Source of the DNA: Emiliania huxleyi CCMP1516
Taxonomy: Eukaryota
Reading direction: 5' to 3'
DNA length: 26,971 nucleotides
NCBI RefSeq assembly: GCF_000372725.1
Contig: NW_005201412.1
Span: 325,643-352,613 of the forward strand
This document shows positions 10,976-20,735 of the stretch, piece after piece (position 1 is the first letter of the stretch; each line of letters begins with the position of its first letter). A program made the translations under genes and the position numbers. The notes under the pieces are model-generated. The model had not been told where the DNA came from. It was given only the letters and a program-made list of their open reading frames with translations, and made no database searches.

Positions 10976-11076
10976 AGCTGGGAATACTCGTAGGACCGCC
11001 GCAAGCGGCGTGGCGTGGAGCGGTTGAGCAAGTAATGCCCGATATCGGAATAGGACCGCCAGCTGGGAATACTCGT
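10976..11076. repeat. Short dispersed repeat (TAGGACCGCC...GGTTGAGCA + AGTAATGCCCGATATCGGAA), also at 11713-11759 and 12631-12688; here flanked by 16-bp direct repeats
   Basis: AGCTGGGAATACTCGT at 10976-10991 and 11061-11076; the internal ~70 bp match both flanks of the 11760-12630 element. Confidence 0.85.
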
Positions 11077-11665
11077 CGCCCTGAATGGTTGCCCAGGTTA
11101 CTCAGGACACCATCCCGGCGTGAACACGACGAACTGCCCTTCTCCGATGCACGCGCGGCACGCGCCACGGCGCGGCACGTGCCGCCGTCTTTGTTTGAAG
11201 TAAAAAGTCGAATCAGAGCGGTGTCGGCGTTGTCCTGAGTTTTCTCCTTCGGACCGCCCAACCGGGACCGCTCCGGGACGCACGCCGGCGAAGCACCATC
11301 AAGCTGCTGTACGGCCGCGGTATCGCCTCTCCTGGGCTTAGCTAGACTGAGATATATTGTGCACATGGTTGGTCTCTACAATATATACACTGACACTCTA
11401 CCTCCCAGAGCTCGTCCCGGTCCGCCACGGCCATCCTTGGCCTCCGGAGGGCCCCCGGCCGCGGCGCGGTGCGGCGGCGTCACAAATCCGACCACAGAGC
11501 ACCGGGACGCGGTCAGGCGATCTGAGGCCCAGTGAGGCGTATGCATTGCCCATCCATGGCTATCACCTGGACCCATCAACAGGCGCCTGCGGCGCCGTGG
11601 TCACGAGGTGTTGTTCACACCTGGGCAAGCATTCATGCAGCACAGTACCCTGGCGAGGTACTCCC
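11065..11665. mobile_element. Degenerate fold-back/MITE-like element with imperfect inverted ends
   Basis: TGAATGGTTGCCCAGGT (11082-11098) pairs 16/17 with 11619-11635, with weaker inverted matches outside and inside it. Confidence 0.45.
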
Positions 11666-11759
11666 ACGCCTCTCGGGGTTTTTGTCTGGCCGAGTCAACC
11701 CGAGAGGCGAGTCTCGTAGGACCGCCGCAAGCGGCGTGGCGTGGAGCGGTTGAGCAATG

Positions 11760-12630
11760 GTTGGGTAGTAGGGCTAGAGGGTCGCTCTACACTTAGCCTC
11801 TGCAGCGAGCGAGCGCTCAACTTAGCCCCCGCACGGAGCCGGGCTCAGACTTAGACGCTGGAAGGCCGGGGGCCATGAACTTGACGACACGAGGCCAACT
11901 CCGGGTAAAACCCGGGTATCCCTGCAAAAGTCCAGGTTTACCCGAAAAATACCTGGACGCGGTCCCGACCAGCGTATGCCGCGCACGACGCCATATCGCC
12001 GTCTCCCAGGGCCAGTGCGCTACTTGCGGCGCGCAACGCCTGCTCAAGTACGCGCACCGTACTATGTGCTGCCGCTATGCGTGCCTTAAGGCGGCTGCGG
12101 CGAAGCGGCGGGCGCGGCATGCCGATGGCAGTGCGGACGATGCGGTTGCGATGTGTTCTGCTTCAAGATCGTGGCGGTGCTTGGCATGCACTTCTGCGAT
12201 CCCAATCAGCTCATCGCAACGAAGCAGCGCAACAAGCTGGCTGCTGCCAACAAGGCCCTATGCTACCTCACGCGCGGATCGTTCAAAGAGGACCAGCATA
12301 CACAGGCTTCTCTGACATGCGTTTGTTTGAGCTTGAGGCTATTTGTGAGAACTATTTGGCTAGATGTCGCCGAAGTGCGCTCAAGAAGCAGCAACGAGAA
12401 TCGGAAGAGGAGGATGCTGAGGCGGCGATTGCTGAGCATGAGGAGGATCGATCGCCCGCCGCGCAGGCGAAGAAAATTTGGGCGCGAGCGCCGTATATCG
12501 CGTGCCATGGCCGACTTAGCCGGTGTAAGAGGCTCCCGCTCTGATCTTAGACCGCGTAAGCACTCCAGCGTGGCTAGCCACACTTAGACCCGTTAAGCCG
12601 CGAGGCTCAGAACTTAGACTACTACCCAAC
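11760..12630. mobile_element. 871-bp non-autonomous DNA transposon: 12-bp TIRs, 8-bp TSD, subterminal CTTAG repeats, decayed coding cargo
   Basis: GTTGGGTAGTAG (11760-11771) / CTACTACCCAAC (12619-12630); flanks GAGCAATG and GAGTAATG (7/8 identical); seven CTTAG(A/C)C copies near the ends. Confidence 0.75.
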
Positions 12631-13755
12631 GAGTAATGCCCGATATCGGAATAGGACCGCCGCAAGCGTGGCGTGGAGCGGTTGAGCATCCCTCCGGGGG
12701 GCCCTCTGCGCCGGGGGAGGCGTTGTTTGGAGGCTAGGACGCAAGCGTCCGTCGCCCTTTTCAAACTCGGGGCCCACTCCGCTACGCTCCGACCCGAATT
12801 TGGAGGGCCTAAAAGTTTAAGGTGTTGCTGCGCAAAAGGGGTCGGACACAGGGCGCAGCTCATGCTAAGAGCTAGAAGAGGAGATAGAGAGAACAACCAC
12901 CCTGTCCCGTTATTGCGTACACCAACAAACACCACAAAACGCTCTCTCTCTCCTGTCCTCACTCAGGGGGGTCACAACTACCAAGTCCCTCGACTAGCTG
13001 CCACAGGGCGCAGCTGCCACAGGGCGCAGCTGGAGACGCTCCCCCTCAATCGGCATCCACCCCCACCCGCTCCAGCCCCACTTCTGCTGCCGAGAGAGCT
13101 GAATCGAAGCAAGCGAGCCATTGCATCTTGGCGTGCTCCTGGAGCGCGGCTTTCTGCGGCCACGAGCACGGCGGAGTCGGCGTCGTAGCGCGCATCGTTC
13201 CCGCTCATCGCCCATTCCTCCCGTGACGTGTGTCGGCCGCGATTCGATGTCGCCACCTTCATCGCCAACGAGGACTCCCTCGACTGCAGGGGGGCTCCGG
13301 CGCGGGGAGGGACTCCGCCTGCTGCGCTGGCCGACTGCGCCCTCCTCCTCCATGGGCTCGATCCGATTCCGCAGCGGCGGTGCTGCGCGGGAGGCGGCCG
13401 CGGGCACGCTGGGCTCGATCAGCGGCGGGAGCGCGAAAGCACGGATTTGGCGGATTCTTGACTTCAATTTTACGAATGTCTCGGCACCAGCTGAAGGCTT
13501 GCCCCCGTCCACGGCCCACATCGCCGGATTCGTGCACGGTATTCGGATTTTGGCTATTTGCTCGTGTGGGGGTATATCGCAGATTTGTCAATGGTACCGC
13601 GTCTGCGACGCGGGCGCCTTGCGGGCAGAGCCCTTAGCCACCCTTTTATCTTGCGCGGTCATAACGCGCTTGATGTCTGGCCGGGTCGGCCAGCAGGGCT
13701 GGGCTGCAGGGCGTGCACCACCATACAGAACAAGCTCGTCAGGTGCAGGTGTGAA

Positions 13756-13826
13756 CGGGTAGTCTCCGCCCATCCCCAGGGCCTCCAGGGCTCGCACCTC
13801 AACCTCTCACAGACCAGCGCATAGCG
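13756..13826 (-). repeat. 71-bp repeat, inverted copy of 16858-16928
   Basis: Its reverse complement matches CGCTATGCGCTGGTCTGTGAGAGG...GAGACTACCCG with ~2 mismatches. Confidence 0.9.
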
Positions 13827-14405
13827 CCATAGGACGTATTTTCTTCTCATAACAAGGCTGTGAATGTGCTTTTCTGTGAACAGAGCTGCTGTCTCTCCCT
13901 TCTCGACTGTCTGTGCTTGCTTGTGCGTCTTGGCTGTGGGATTATGTTTTTGTGTGAACAGAGCTTCATGTCACTCCAAACGGTTAGGGCCGCTGCCGGT
14001 GCGCCAGTCATGCATCTGGTCCACGCACTGCTCGCAAGTAAAGCGTCTTCACAGGTCGGCAGATACGCCTCACCTTCGAAAGGGTGGCTGCCTACCCCAA
14101 AGCCCAGCCCGCGCGGGGCATCGATTTCTCTTAACGATTTCACTTTAAAACGCTGGTGCAGATGGGGTTTTCTCTATAGAAGTCGGAGCCTTGCGTCCAA
14201 GGAGAGGCAGCGTGCGGCTCCGTGGACTCGGCCATCTCCCGCGGGTGAGAGGGCGAGAGGAAGCACTCCCGCCCTCTGAGGCGGCCGTCCGAGTCGGGGA
14301 GGCAACCACACAACCATCCCCGCGGGTGTGGACGGCCTTATCGGCCCGCTATGCTAACGTAGGGTCGTCGTAGCTTCAGCCGTGAATTCCTGCACAGGGC
14401 CGTGT

Positions 14406-14541
14406 CTGGCGAGTAGAGGCACACGCACGCTCTCTCGAGGTCTCTTGGAGCAGAGCCCCGGCGAGTCCTCGAAAGAGCAACCGAATGGGTCCTCGGAGAG
14501 GGTACCCTGGGTGGGCGGGGCCTCTATTGAATACTCGCCAG
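14406..14541. mobile_element. Small MITE-like remnant
   Basis: CTGGCGAGTA-GAGGC at the left end matches the reverse complement of the right end (CTGGCGAGTAttcaataGAGGC). Confidence 0.35.
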
Positions 14542-14741
14542 GGGGCGTGTGGAAATCGCCCGCCCCCGCCCCCACGCGCCCCCACGTGCACAGCAGCGCC
14601 GTGTGTGGGGGTTGCTCGCACTGCAACATCGGACGACCCTATAGCCGCGGCAGCCGTGAACTTGCTGCACGCCGTCCTCCACGTCGCCACTGCAGCGCCG
14701 GTGTGCGCCGCTCCCGCTGCAACTCAACATCGCGCTGTGCG

Positions 14742-15050
14742 ATGTCGATGTCGAGCAGCAGCAACGACTGGGAGCTGTTCCAGCAGTGGCAGCAGCAGAT
14801 GCAGCAGAAGAAGGGCAGGCTCCGCGGAGCGAGTGGTGGTGGCGCAGCGGCGAGGGTGCGGCAGCTCGAAGCCGACCGATGGCCACGGCATGGCGACTTG
14901 GACGATGAGGAAATTGCGATGCTCAAGCGGCAGCGAGATCGAGCCAAGATCGGGCTGATCGTGGCGGGCGTCGTTATAGTGTCGCTGTGGAGTTGGCTGT
15001 CCTTTGCCATCGCCTCTGCATACCTGCATTCCAAGCAGAACCGACATTAG
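14742..15050 (+). CDS. Small hypothetical protein (~102 aa) with Gln-rich N-terminus and C-terminal transmembrane helix
   Basis: Single-exon ORF with GC3-rich codons; hydrophobic 'IGLIVAGVVIVSLWSWLSFAIASAYL'; no recognised family. Confidence 0.45.
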   Translation: MSMSSSSNDWELFQQWQQQMQQKKGRLRGASGGGAAARVRQLEADRWPRHGDLDDEEIAMLKRQRDRAKIGLIVAGVVIVSLWSWLSFAIASAYLHSKQNRH

Positions 15051-15587
15051 GTGTGATTTGTGTGTGGTTGCGGCAGAGGGGTCCTTCTGCGTTGATCGGC
15101 AACAGGCTGATCGAAGAGTAGGTCGGGAGTATGTCTCCCGTGCCGTACTTGCACGGACATCTGGACGCTCTTTCTGGTGGAATTCGTCATCGGAGGACCG
15201 ATCGCGCGCGCGGCGCGCGGCCTCCGCGAGATTGCAGATATTCCGCGGGGACGCGGCAAGAGCCGGAGGTTGTCTGGCGTCTGGCGGTCTGCCGCGCAAG
15301 CCCCTGGGCCACGGCCTGGGCCGGGCCGTCGCTCCGGGCGTGCGGGGTCGGCATGGGGGTGGGGGCGGCCGCCGCGCCGCGCTACAAAGAGGCGCGTAAC
15401 ACACTGGTGAGAGAGAGGTGAGGAGCTAGGTGAGCTGAGGAGACTGACGGTCTGAGAGAGTTTACGGCGTTTTACTCAGAGCACAGAGAGCGAGATCACC
15501 ACCGAGAGACGGACGCGCGCGCCCGCCCCGCGCCCGTCGCTCTTTCGGAGGACATGTGCGCCCCGGCTCTCTCATCGGAGCACGCCG

Positions 15588-15610
15588 TCACACACACACA
15601 CACACACACA
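15588..15610. repeat. (CA)n microsatellite
   Basis: Directly visible. Confidence 0.9.
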
Positions 15611-15656
15611 ACGCCTCGCCCACCACAGAGAGGAATCCAGAGGAAACACACACGCC

Positions 15657-16784
15657 TCAGCGTCGGTTCATCATCGCTGCCGCCGTGTGCTTCATCCCAC
15701 TCGAGCCGCACCTGCGCAGCGCGGTGTCGCGGGCTGAGTGAATGCGCCCTGGCTCGCTCGCTCCTCCTCGCCCTCCTCTCCCTCCCAGCAGCCACGCCCT
15801 CTCGCCCTTCTCCCTCTCCCGGGCAGAGGGCGGCGCGCACGTGGCCAGCACCGCCGCCTTGCGCCGCTCCGCCTCCTTCTTCCTCTCGTCGAGGTCGTGC
15901 AGCTTCTTGCGCGTGTAGCCCATCTTGCGCTCCACCTTAGGGTTGGGGTTGGAGTCGGTGGTAGGGTAGGGCATCGCCAGTGCAGCCCCTCTTCCCGCCG
16001 CACCTTCGCATCCGCCTGCCGCTTGGACAGCTCCGCCACCGTCCGCATCCACTGGTCCTTGACCGTCTCGGTCGGCGCCTCCAGCCTGAGCGTCTCGTCG
16101 TCGGCGACCACGCTCCACTGCAGCGGCACCTGTGGTCCCCGACGCCCGCACGCGTCACGCGGCCGCCGCTTCGCAAGACCGCGCGCACGGCACCGGCGTC
16201 TGGGAGCGGAGAGCTATTGATATTGCTACGCATGTATCACCGGCGTCTGGGAGCGGAGGATGCCGCCCGCCACCACGGGCTTGACCTCCCGCACGATGGC
16301 GAGCGAGATGACGCCCGACTCGGTCGCGCCGCCCAGCGACTGGTACGTGAGCATCGCAGAGTCGCGAGAGAGAGCGAGCCGCACAGGCACCGGTCCCTTG
16401 GCGGTGAGCAGCTTCATGTCGCACCCCTCCATCAGCGCGGCCGCGCGATCCCTCCGCGCCGCGTCCTCGGCGCGCCGCTGCGGCGGGGCGGGCGGCGGGC
16501 TCAGCATGCCACGGCCACCGGACACACGGCCTCAGCTGAGCGGTGAATGTGGGATGAGTGCGGAGAGAGCGTGCGGTGGTGGTGCAGCCGGCAGCACGCG
16601 CCTGCTGGAAATTTGCCACCGGCCGAAGGGCCATCCCGAGCAGGCCGGAGGTTGGAAGGTTGCTGCTGCTGCCGGCCGCCGCCGCCTCGTCATCACTGTT
16701 CGCCGCCTTCATGGGCTTTAGCTCCATGCCAGCGTTGTCGTCGCCAGCGCCGAGGCACGGGCAGAAGGGAGCGATGGCCTGCAT
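15657..16784 (-). CDS. PH-like domain protein with C-terminal coiled coil (spliced, ~5 exons)
   Basis: ATG at 16784. Exons give 'LMEGCDMKLLTAKGPVPVRLALSRDSAMLTYQ...GVISLAIVREV', 'WSVVADDETLRLEAPTETVKDQWMRTV' (PH C-terminal helix with Trp) and a charged helix 'KKLHDLDERKKEAERRK'. Ends 'GMKHTAAAMMNRR*'. Confidence 0.75.
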
Positions 16785-16857
16785 TCTGAATTCACGTTTT
16801 CTTTCTTTCTTTTAGCACACAGGTTCGACAGGAAAGAAAAGATAATGCCTTGCACAC

Positions 16858-16928
16858 CGCTATGCGCTGGTCTGTGAGAGGTTGAGGTGCGAGCCCTGGA
16901 GGCCCTGGGGATGGGGTGAGACTACCCG
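16858..16928 (+). repeat. 71-bp repeat, inverted copy of 13756-13826
   Basis: Direct comparison with the partner copy. Confidence 0.9.
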
Positions 16929-17864
16929 CGGGCCGCCTAGAAGGCCCTCGCTGAGCTAGCCCCTTCTGTTTGCCACGTGCTAGGCGAGGCTGCTGCTCAA
17001 GAGGAAACATTGACTCAAGCAGGTGGATGGAACTTTCAGCGGCGGCTCGAGGTGGCAAAGGTGGAGCGGCTTGAGTCGGAGGCGTCCATCCTCAAGAGAA
17101 TCGTGGACGAGAGGGAGGGGAGCGGGAGGCTGATCGAGGAGGAACGACCGCACCCCCCCGCGCACACACAAAAATACTCCGCCGCCCCGAACTCCCCCGA
17201 AAAACAACATACCAGCCCCACAAGTTTACACAAGTACTCAAAAATAAATTCCCGAAGTGCCGCGCCGGCAGCAGGCCGCCGTACGCGTGCGGAAAACGAG
17301 CCGCCGCCGCCGATCGCTCTCGAAGAGAGCGTGGCGCAGCTGCCCACCCGGTGACCATAGCACGAGCTGAGTCGCCAGGGCCTCGCCTGAAGGGGGGCGG
17401 GGCAGGGGCGAGGAGACGAGGACGAAACCAAGCGTCTCGGGCCATGCCGGAAGGTGGTGTGCGAGGCGTGGACGCACCTAAAAATAAAAAATTAGATATT
17501 CTTACCTTCTTGCCCCCCTCCGAGACTGGAGACAGTCACACCCCAGTATCAGACCAGGGGGAGTGCCCCCCGCCCCCGCTTGCCCTGCCTACGCAGGATA
17601 GCGTGCCCCGATAGCGGCGACACATAGCGAGGGACACTGCGCAAGGAGGGGGTGCGTCGACTTTTTTCTTTTTCTTTTTTCCTCTCGGGGGAATGTTCTC
17701 TCGGCGCCCATGGCCTTCTGAGGTTTCGTACTAATGACGTCCTTCTTGGCACTTCGGGCGTCTCTTGTATGTGTATCTGTTGTGTCTAATTCCCTCGGTC
17801 GTCCTCACGCTTGGCCAGTTCGAAACCTGCTTTGACCCTTATATGAAATCGCGTCCTCACGCTT

Positions 17865-17934
17865 GGCGTTTGGTGCTTCTTCGTTTTTCGTCACGGGTGG
17901 GCGTTTGGTGCTTCTTCGTTTTTCGTCACGGGTG
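17865..17934. repeat. Perfect 35-bp tandem duplication
   Basis: GGCGTTTGGTGCTTCTTCGTTTTTCGTCACGGGTG x2. Confidence 0.9.
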
Positions 17935-18097
17935 GGCGTGGACGCACCTAAAATACGAGCAAGTAGCGGCGAAGGCGAGGGGGAGGCGACGGGATGAGGC
18001 CATGAGGGTGGGAGCGGCGAGGGTGGCCGGAATGGTAGCGGCGGCATGAGGGGGTGAGGGCGGTGGCGAGGGCGGTGGAGGTAACGGTAACGGTGGT

Positions 18098-18436
18098 TAG
18101 AGCTGTCAAACGTTAACTTTGGGCCTAACAGTTGCACTATTGTTGGCTGAAATCCTTAACGTTGTTCAAGTGTTCATCCCAGCCCATGCTGTTACTGTTT
18201 GTTACTGTTGTTACTGTTGTTCAGCGGCCAGCAAGCAGAATACCCGGGATTTTCCAGGTATTTTCGGGTATTACCCGCACTGGACGCTGGAGATCGTCGT
18301 GGGTCACTGCCAGGCCTTCCTTATTGTTGTTCAGCCGGCCTAACGTTAGCTACTGTTGTTGGGGAGCCCAACTGTTGTTCTGTTGTTACTGTTAACACTA
18401 GCAACACTGTTCAGCTCTTAACGTTTGACAGCTCTA
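18098..18436. mobile_element. hAT-superfamily MITE (339 bp)
   Basis: Perfect 19-bp TIRs TAGAGCTGTCAAACGTTAA / TTAACGTTTGACAGCTCTA; perfect 8-bp TSD ACGGTGGT (18090-18097, 18437-18444); internal ACTGTT repeats. Confidence 0.93.
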
Positions 18437-19585
18437 ACGGTGGTGACAGGGCGGTGGGCGCGGCCACATCGCAGTGAGAGAGATGGCCGGCGCGGTGGCG
18501 GCTGTGGCGCGAGAGAGGGCGGGGGCAATCAAATGTTGGAAATGACAGTGGCTAGTTCCATTTCACTGTGGCACAGCTCGCGTTACAAAACCTTGATTTG
18601 ACCATTTGCGCAAAAAGGTACATGTCGGTGCCTTGAGCGTCTAAGTCTACTCATAGCTTTCTCCACGCTCTTCTTTGCGTTCCGAAGCACCCACTGCGCT
18701 CTTCTGTAGTGCTAGTGGCTAGTGCATCGCCTGGTCGAGCGTCGACTCGCTTGCCACTGGCTAGTTCCATTTCACTCTGACACGCTAATCTTGAAAACGT
18801 CCAACGGAGCTCCGTGTTGCTCCCAGCGCCCTCCCCCGCGCTTCCTGCGGCCATGGCCGATGATACTAGTATGAGAGGTCATCTGGCTACCGCGAGCGCG
18901 ACTCAACTCGCCGACGTCGTCCGATGATTGTGCCTCAAAGTCAGCCTCCGGAGGCTATCGTGGGGTCGAGCCGGCAGTAGCCGTGACATGTGGTTCCACC
19001 ACCCCTCGTATGCTTTGCCTCTGACCGCCACCGTTCCCAGGCTGCCAAATGGGATGGAAAGGAAGGCTCGGCGAGCGTATAGAAGCGTGCTCGACCTCGT
19101 CGTGGCAACCTGCACGGCAGCGCTGGTAGGCGCGATGAGCGTCGTGCCACCTGACCCGAGACGGGTCGCAGGCGTCGTACCGAGCGCGTCGAGACCGTGT
19201 CCTGATGTGATCTGCACGGGTGAGTCACGTCGGCGTCAAAGGAGCGACGTGCGACCTGTCAGAGCTTGATCTCCGATCTCAGCGGCGTCGAGTCGTCTCT
19301 GGCGCGCGACAAAGGTACATCCCCAGGACGCGCAGAGGTGGCAGCTGCCCCGCTCCGGAGGCCGCATTCAGCCCGGAGGGGACCGCGGGAGCGCCCAATG
19401 GCGGCTTGGGGAGAGCCGGGTGTGTTTGCGCAGTGGCCTGCGCGCTGCCTTGGGCAGAAATCGCGCTCTCGCCCCCTCGGCTCCGCCCCCGAGCGAGTGA
19501 GGCTCGGAGGAGAGGCGAGAGGGGGAGAGCGCCGAGAGAGCGACTGAGGAACGGGAGAGGCCCTGAGGGTTGTTGCGCGCGCGCA

Positions 19586-19928
19586 ACAAATCGTCAGAAC
19601 CAAGGCTGAATCTCAGCGGATCGTGGCAACAAGGCCACTCTGCCGCGTACAATACCCCGTTCCTTATTCAAGTCGTCTGCAAGGGATTCGTCGGCCCGGG
19701 TCCGTGAATTGTGGTCGCTCGCGGCTCAGGCAGTGCTACCGTTGCTCGTGGCGTCCCCGGGCCGGTAGGTGGCTTTCCTTCCGGCATGGATTCTAACTTA
19801 GAGGCGTTCAGTTATAATCCGGCGCATGGCAGCTTCGCCGCATCGCCGTTTCCGGCGGCGGCTATACCGATGATGCGAATTGGTGGTTCCTCTCGTACTG
19901 AACCAAATTACCGTAGAAAAACAGACAG

Positions 19929-19983
<55 letters not shown>

Positions 19984-20028
19984 GTTGGTGGGTGAACAAT
20001 CCTGCATTTGGCCCCCGCTGCGAGGCAG

Positions 20029-20063
<35 letters not shown>

Positions 20064-20086
20064 TACGTCGCTATGAACGCTTGGCA

Positions 20087-20129
<43 letters not shown>

Positions 20130-20488
20130 AGCTTGAAATTCCCAAAGACGAGAGGATCGATAGGCCACGCTTTCGCGGTTTGTATTCGTACTGAAAATCA
20201 AAATCAACCGAGCTTTTCCCCTTTCGGTCCACATGAGATTTCTGTTCTCATTGAGCTCAAAATCGGGCGCCTGCGTTATTTTTTAACAGACGTGCCGCCC
20301 CAGCCAAACTCCCCACCTGTTAGTGTCCCCGACGCGGATCGCGCGCACGAAGCGGCTTGGATCCAGAAGTGAGGCGAGCCTCCCTCCGCGCCACCGAGTA
20401 AGTAAAACAACGTTGACGGTTGCGGTATTTCACTGTCGGGTTGCCCCTCCCGCATATTCTACACCCATCAAGTCGTTCCACAGTAACA

Positions 20489-20526
<38 letters not shown>

Positions 20527-20531
20527 GATTC

Positions 20532-20567
<36 letters not shown>

Positions 20568-20622
20568 CAGTAGATAGGGACAGTGGGAATCTCACGAATC
20601 CATTCATGCGCGTCACTAATTG

Positions 20623-20685
<63 letters not shown>

Positions 20686-20701
20686 GTTGAATTTCTTCAC
20701 T

Positions 20702-20735
<34 letters not shown>

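Noticed and set aside
11005..11031. tRNA A-box-like TGGCGTGGAGCGGTTGAGCA
   Set aside because: No B-box or cloverleaf, so neither a tRNA nor a SINE can be called.
12978..13521. Overlapping minus-strand ORFs with a 16-bp tandem duplication near 13000
   Set aside because: No domain signal; at most a degraded fragment.
13990..14100. Cys/His fragment 'TCEQCVDQMH' resembling a transposase zinc finger
   Set aside because: Too short and frameshifted to support a call.
15936..15971. Degenerate TTAGGG-like tract
   Set aside because: Only one exact unit, inside an intron; not an interstitial telomere.
18903..19217. ORF with 'LIAPTSAA' reminiscent of PIF1 helicase
   Set aside because: No Walker motifs or other helicase context.
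20631..20663. R2 retrotransposon target site in 28S
   Set aside because: The site is intact; no insertion.
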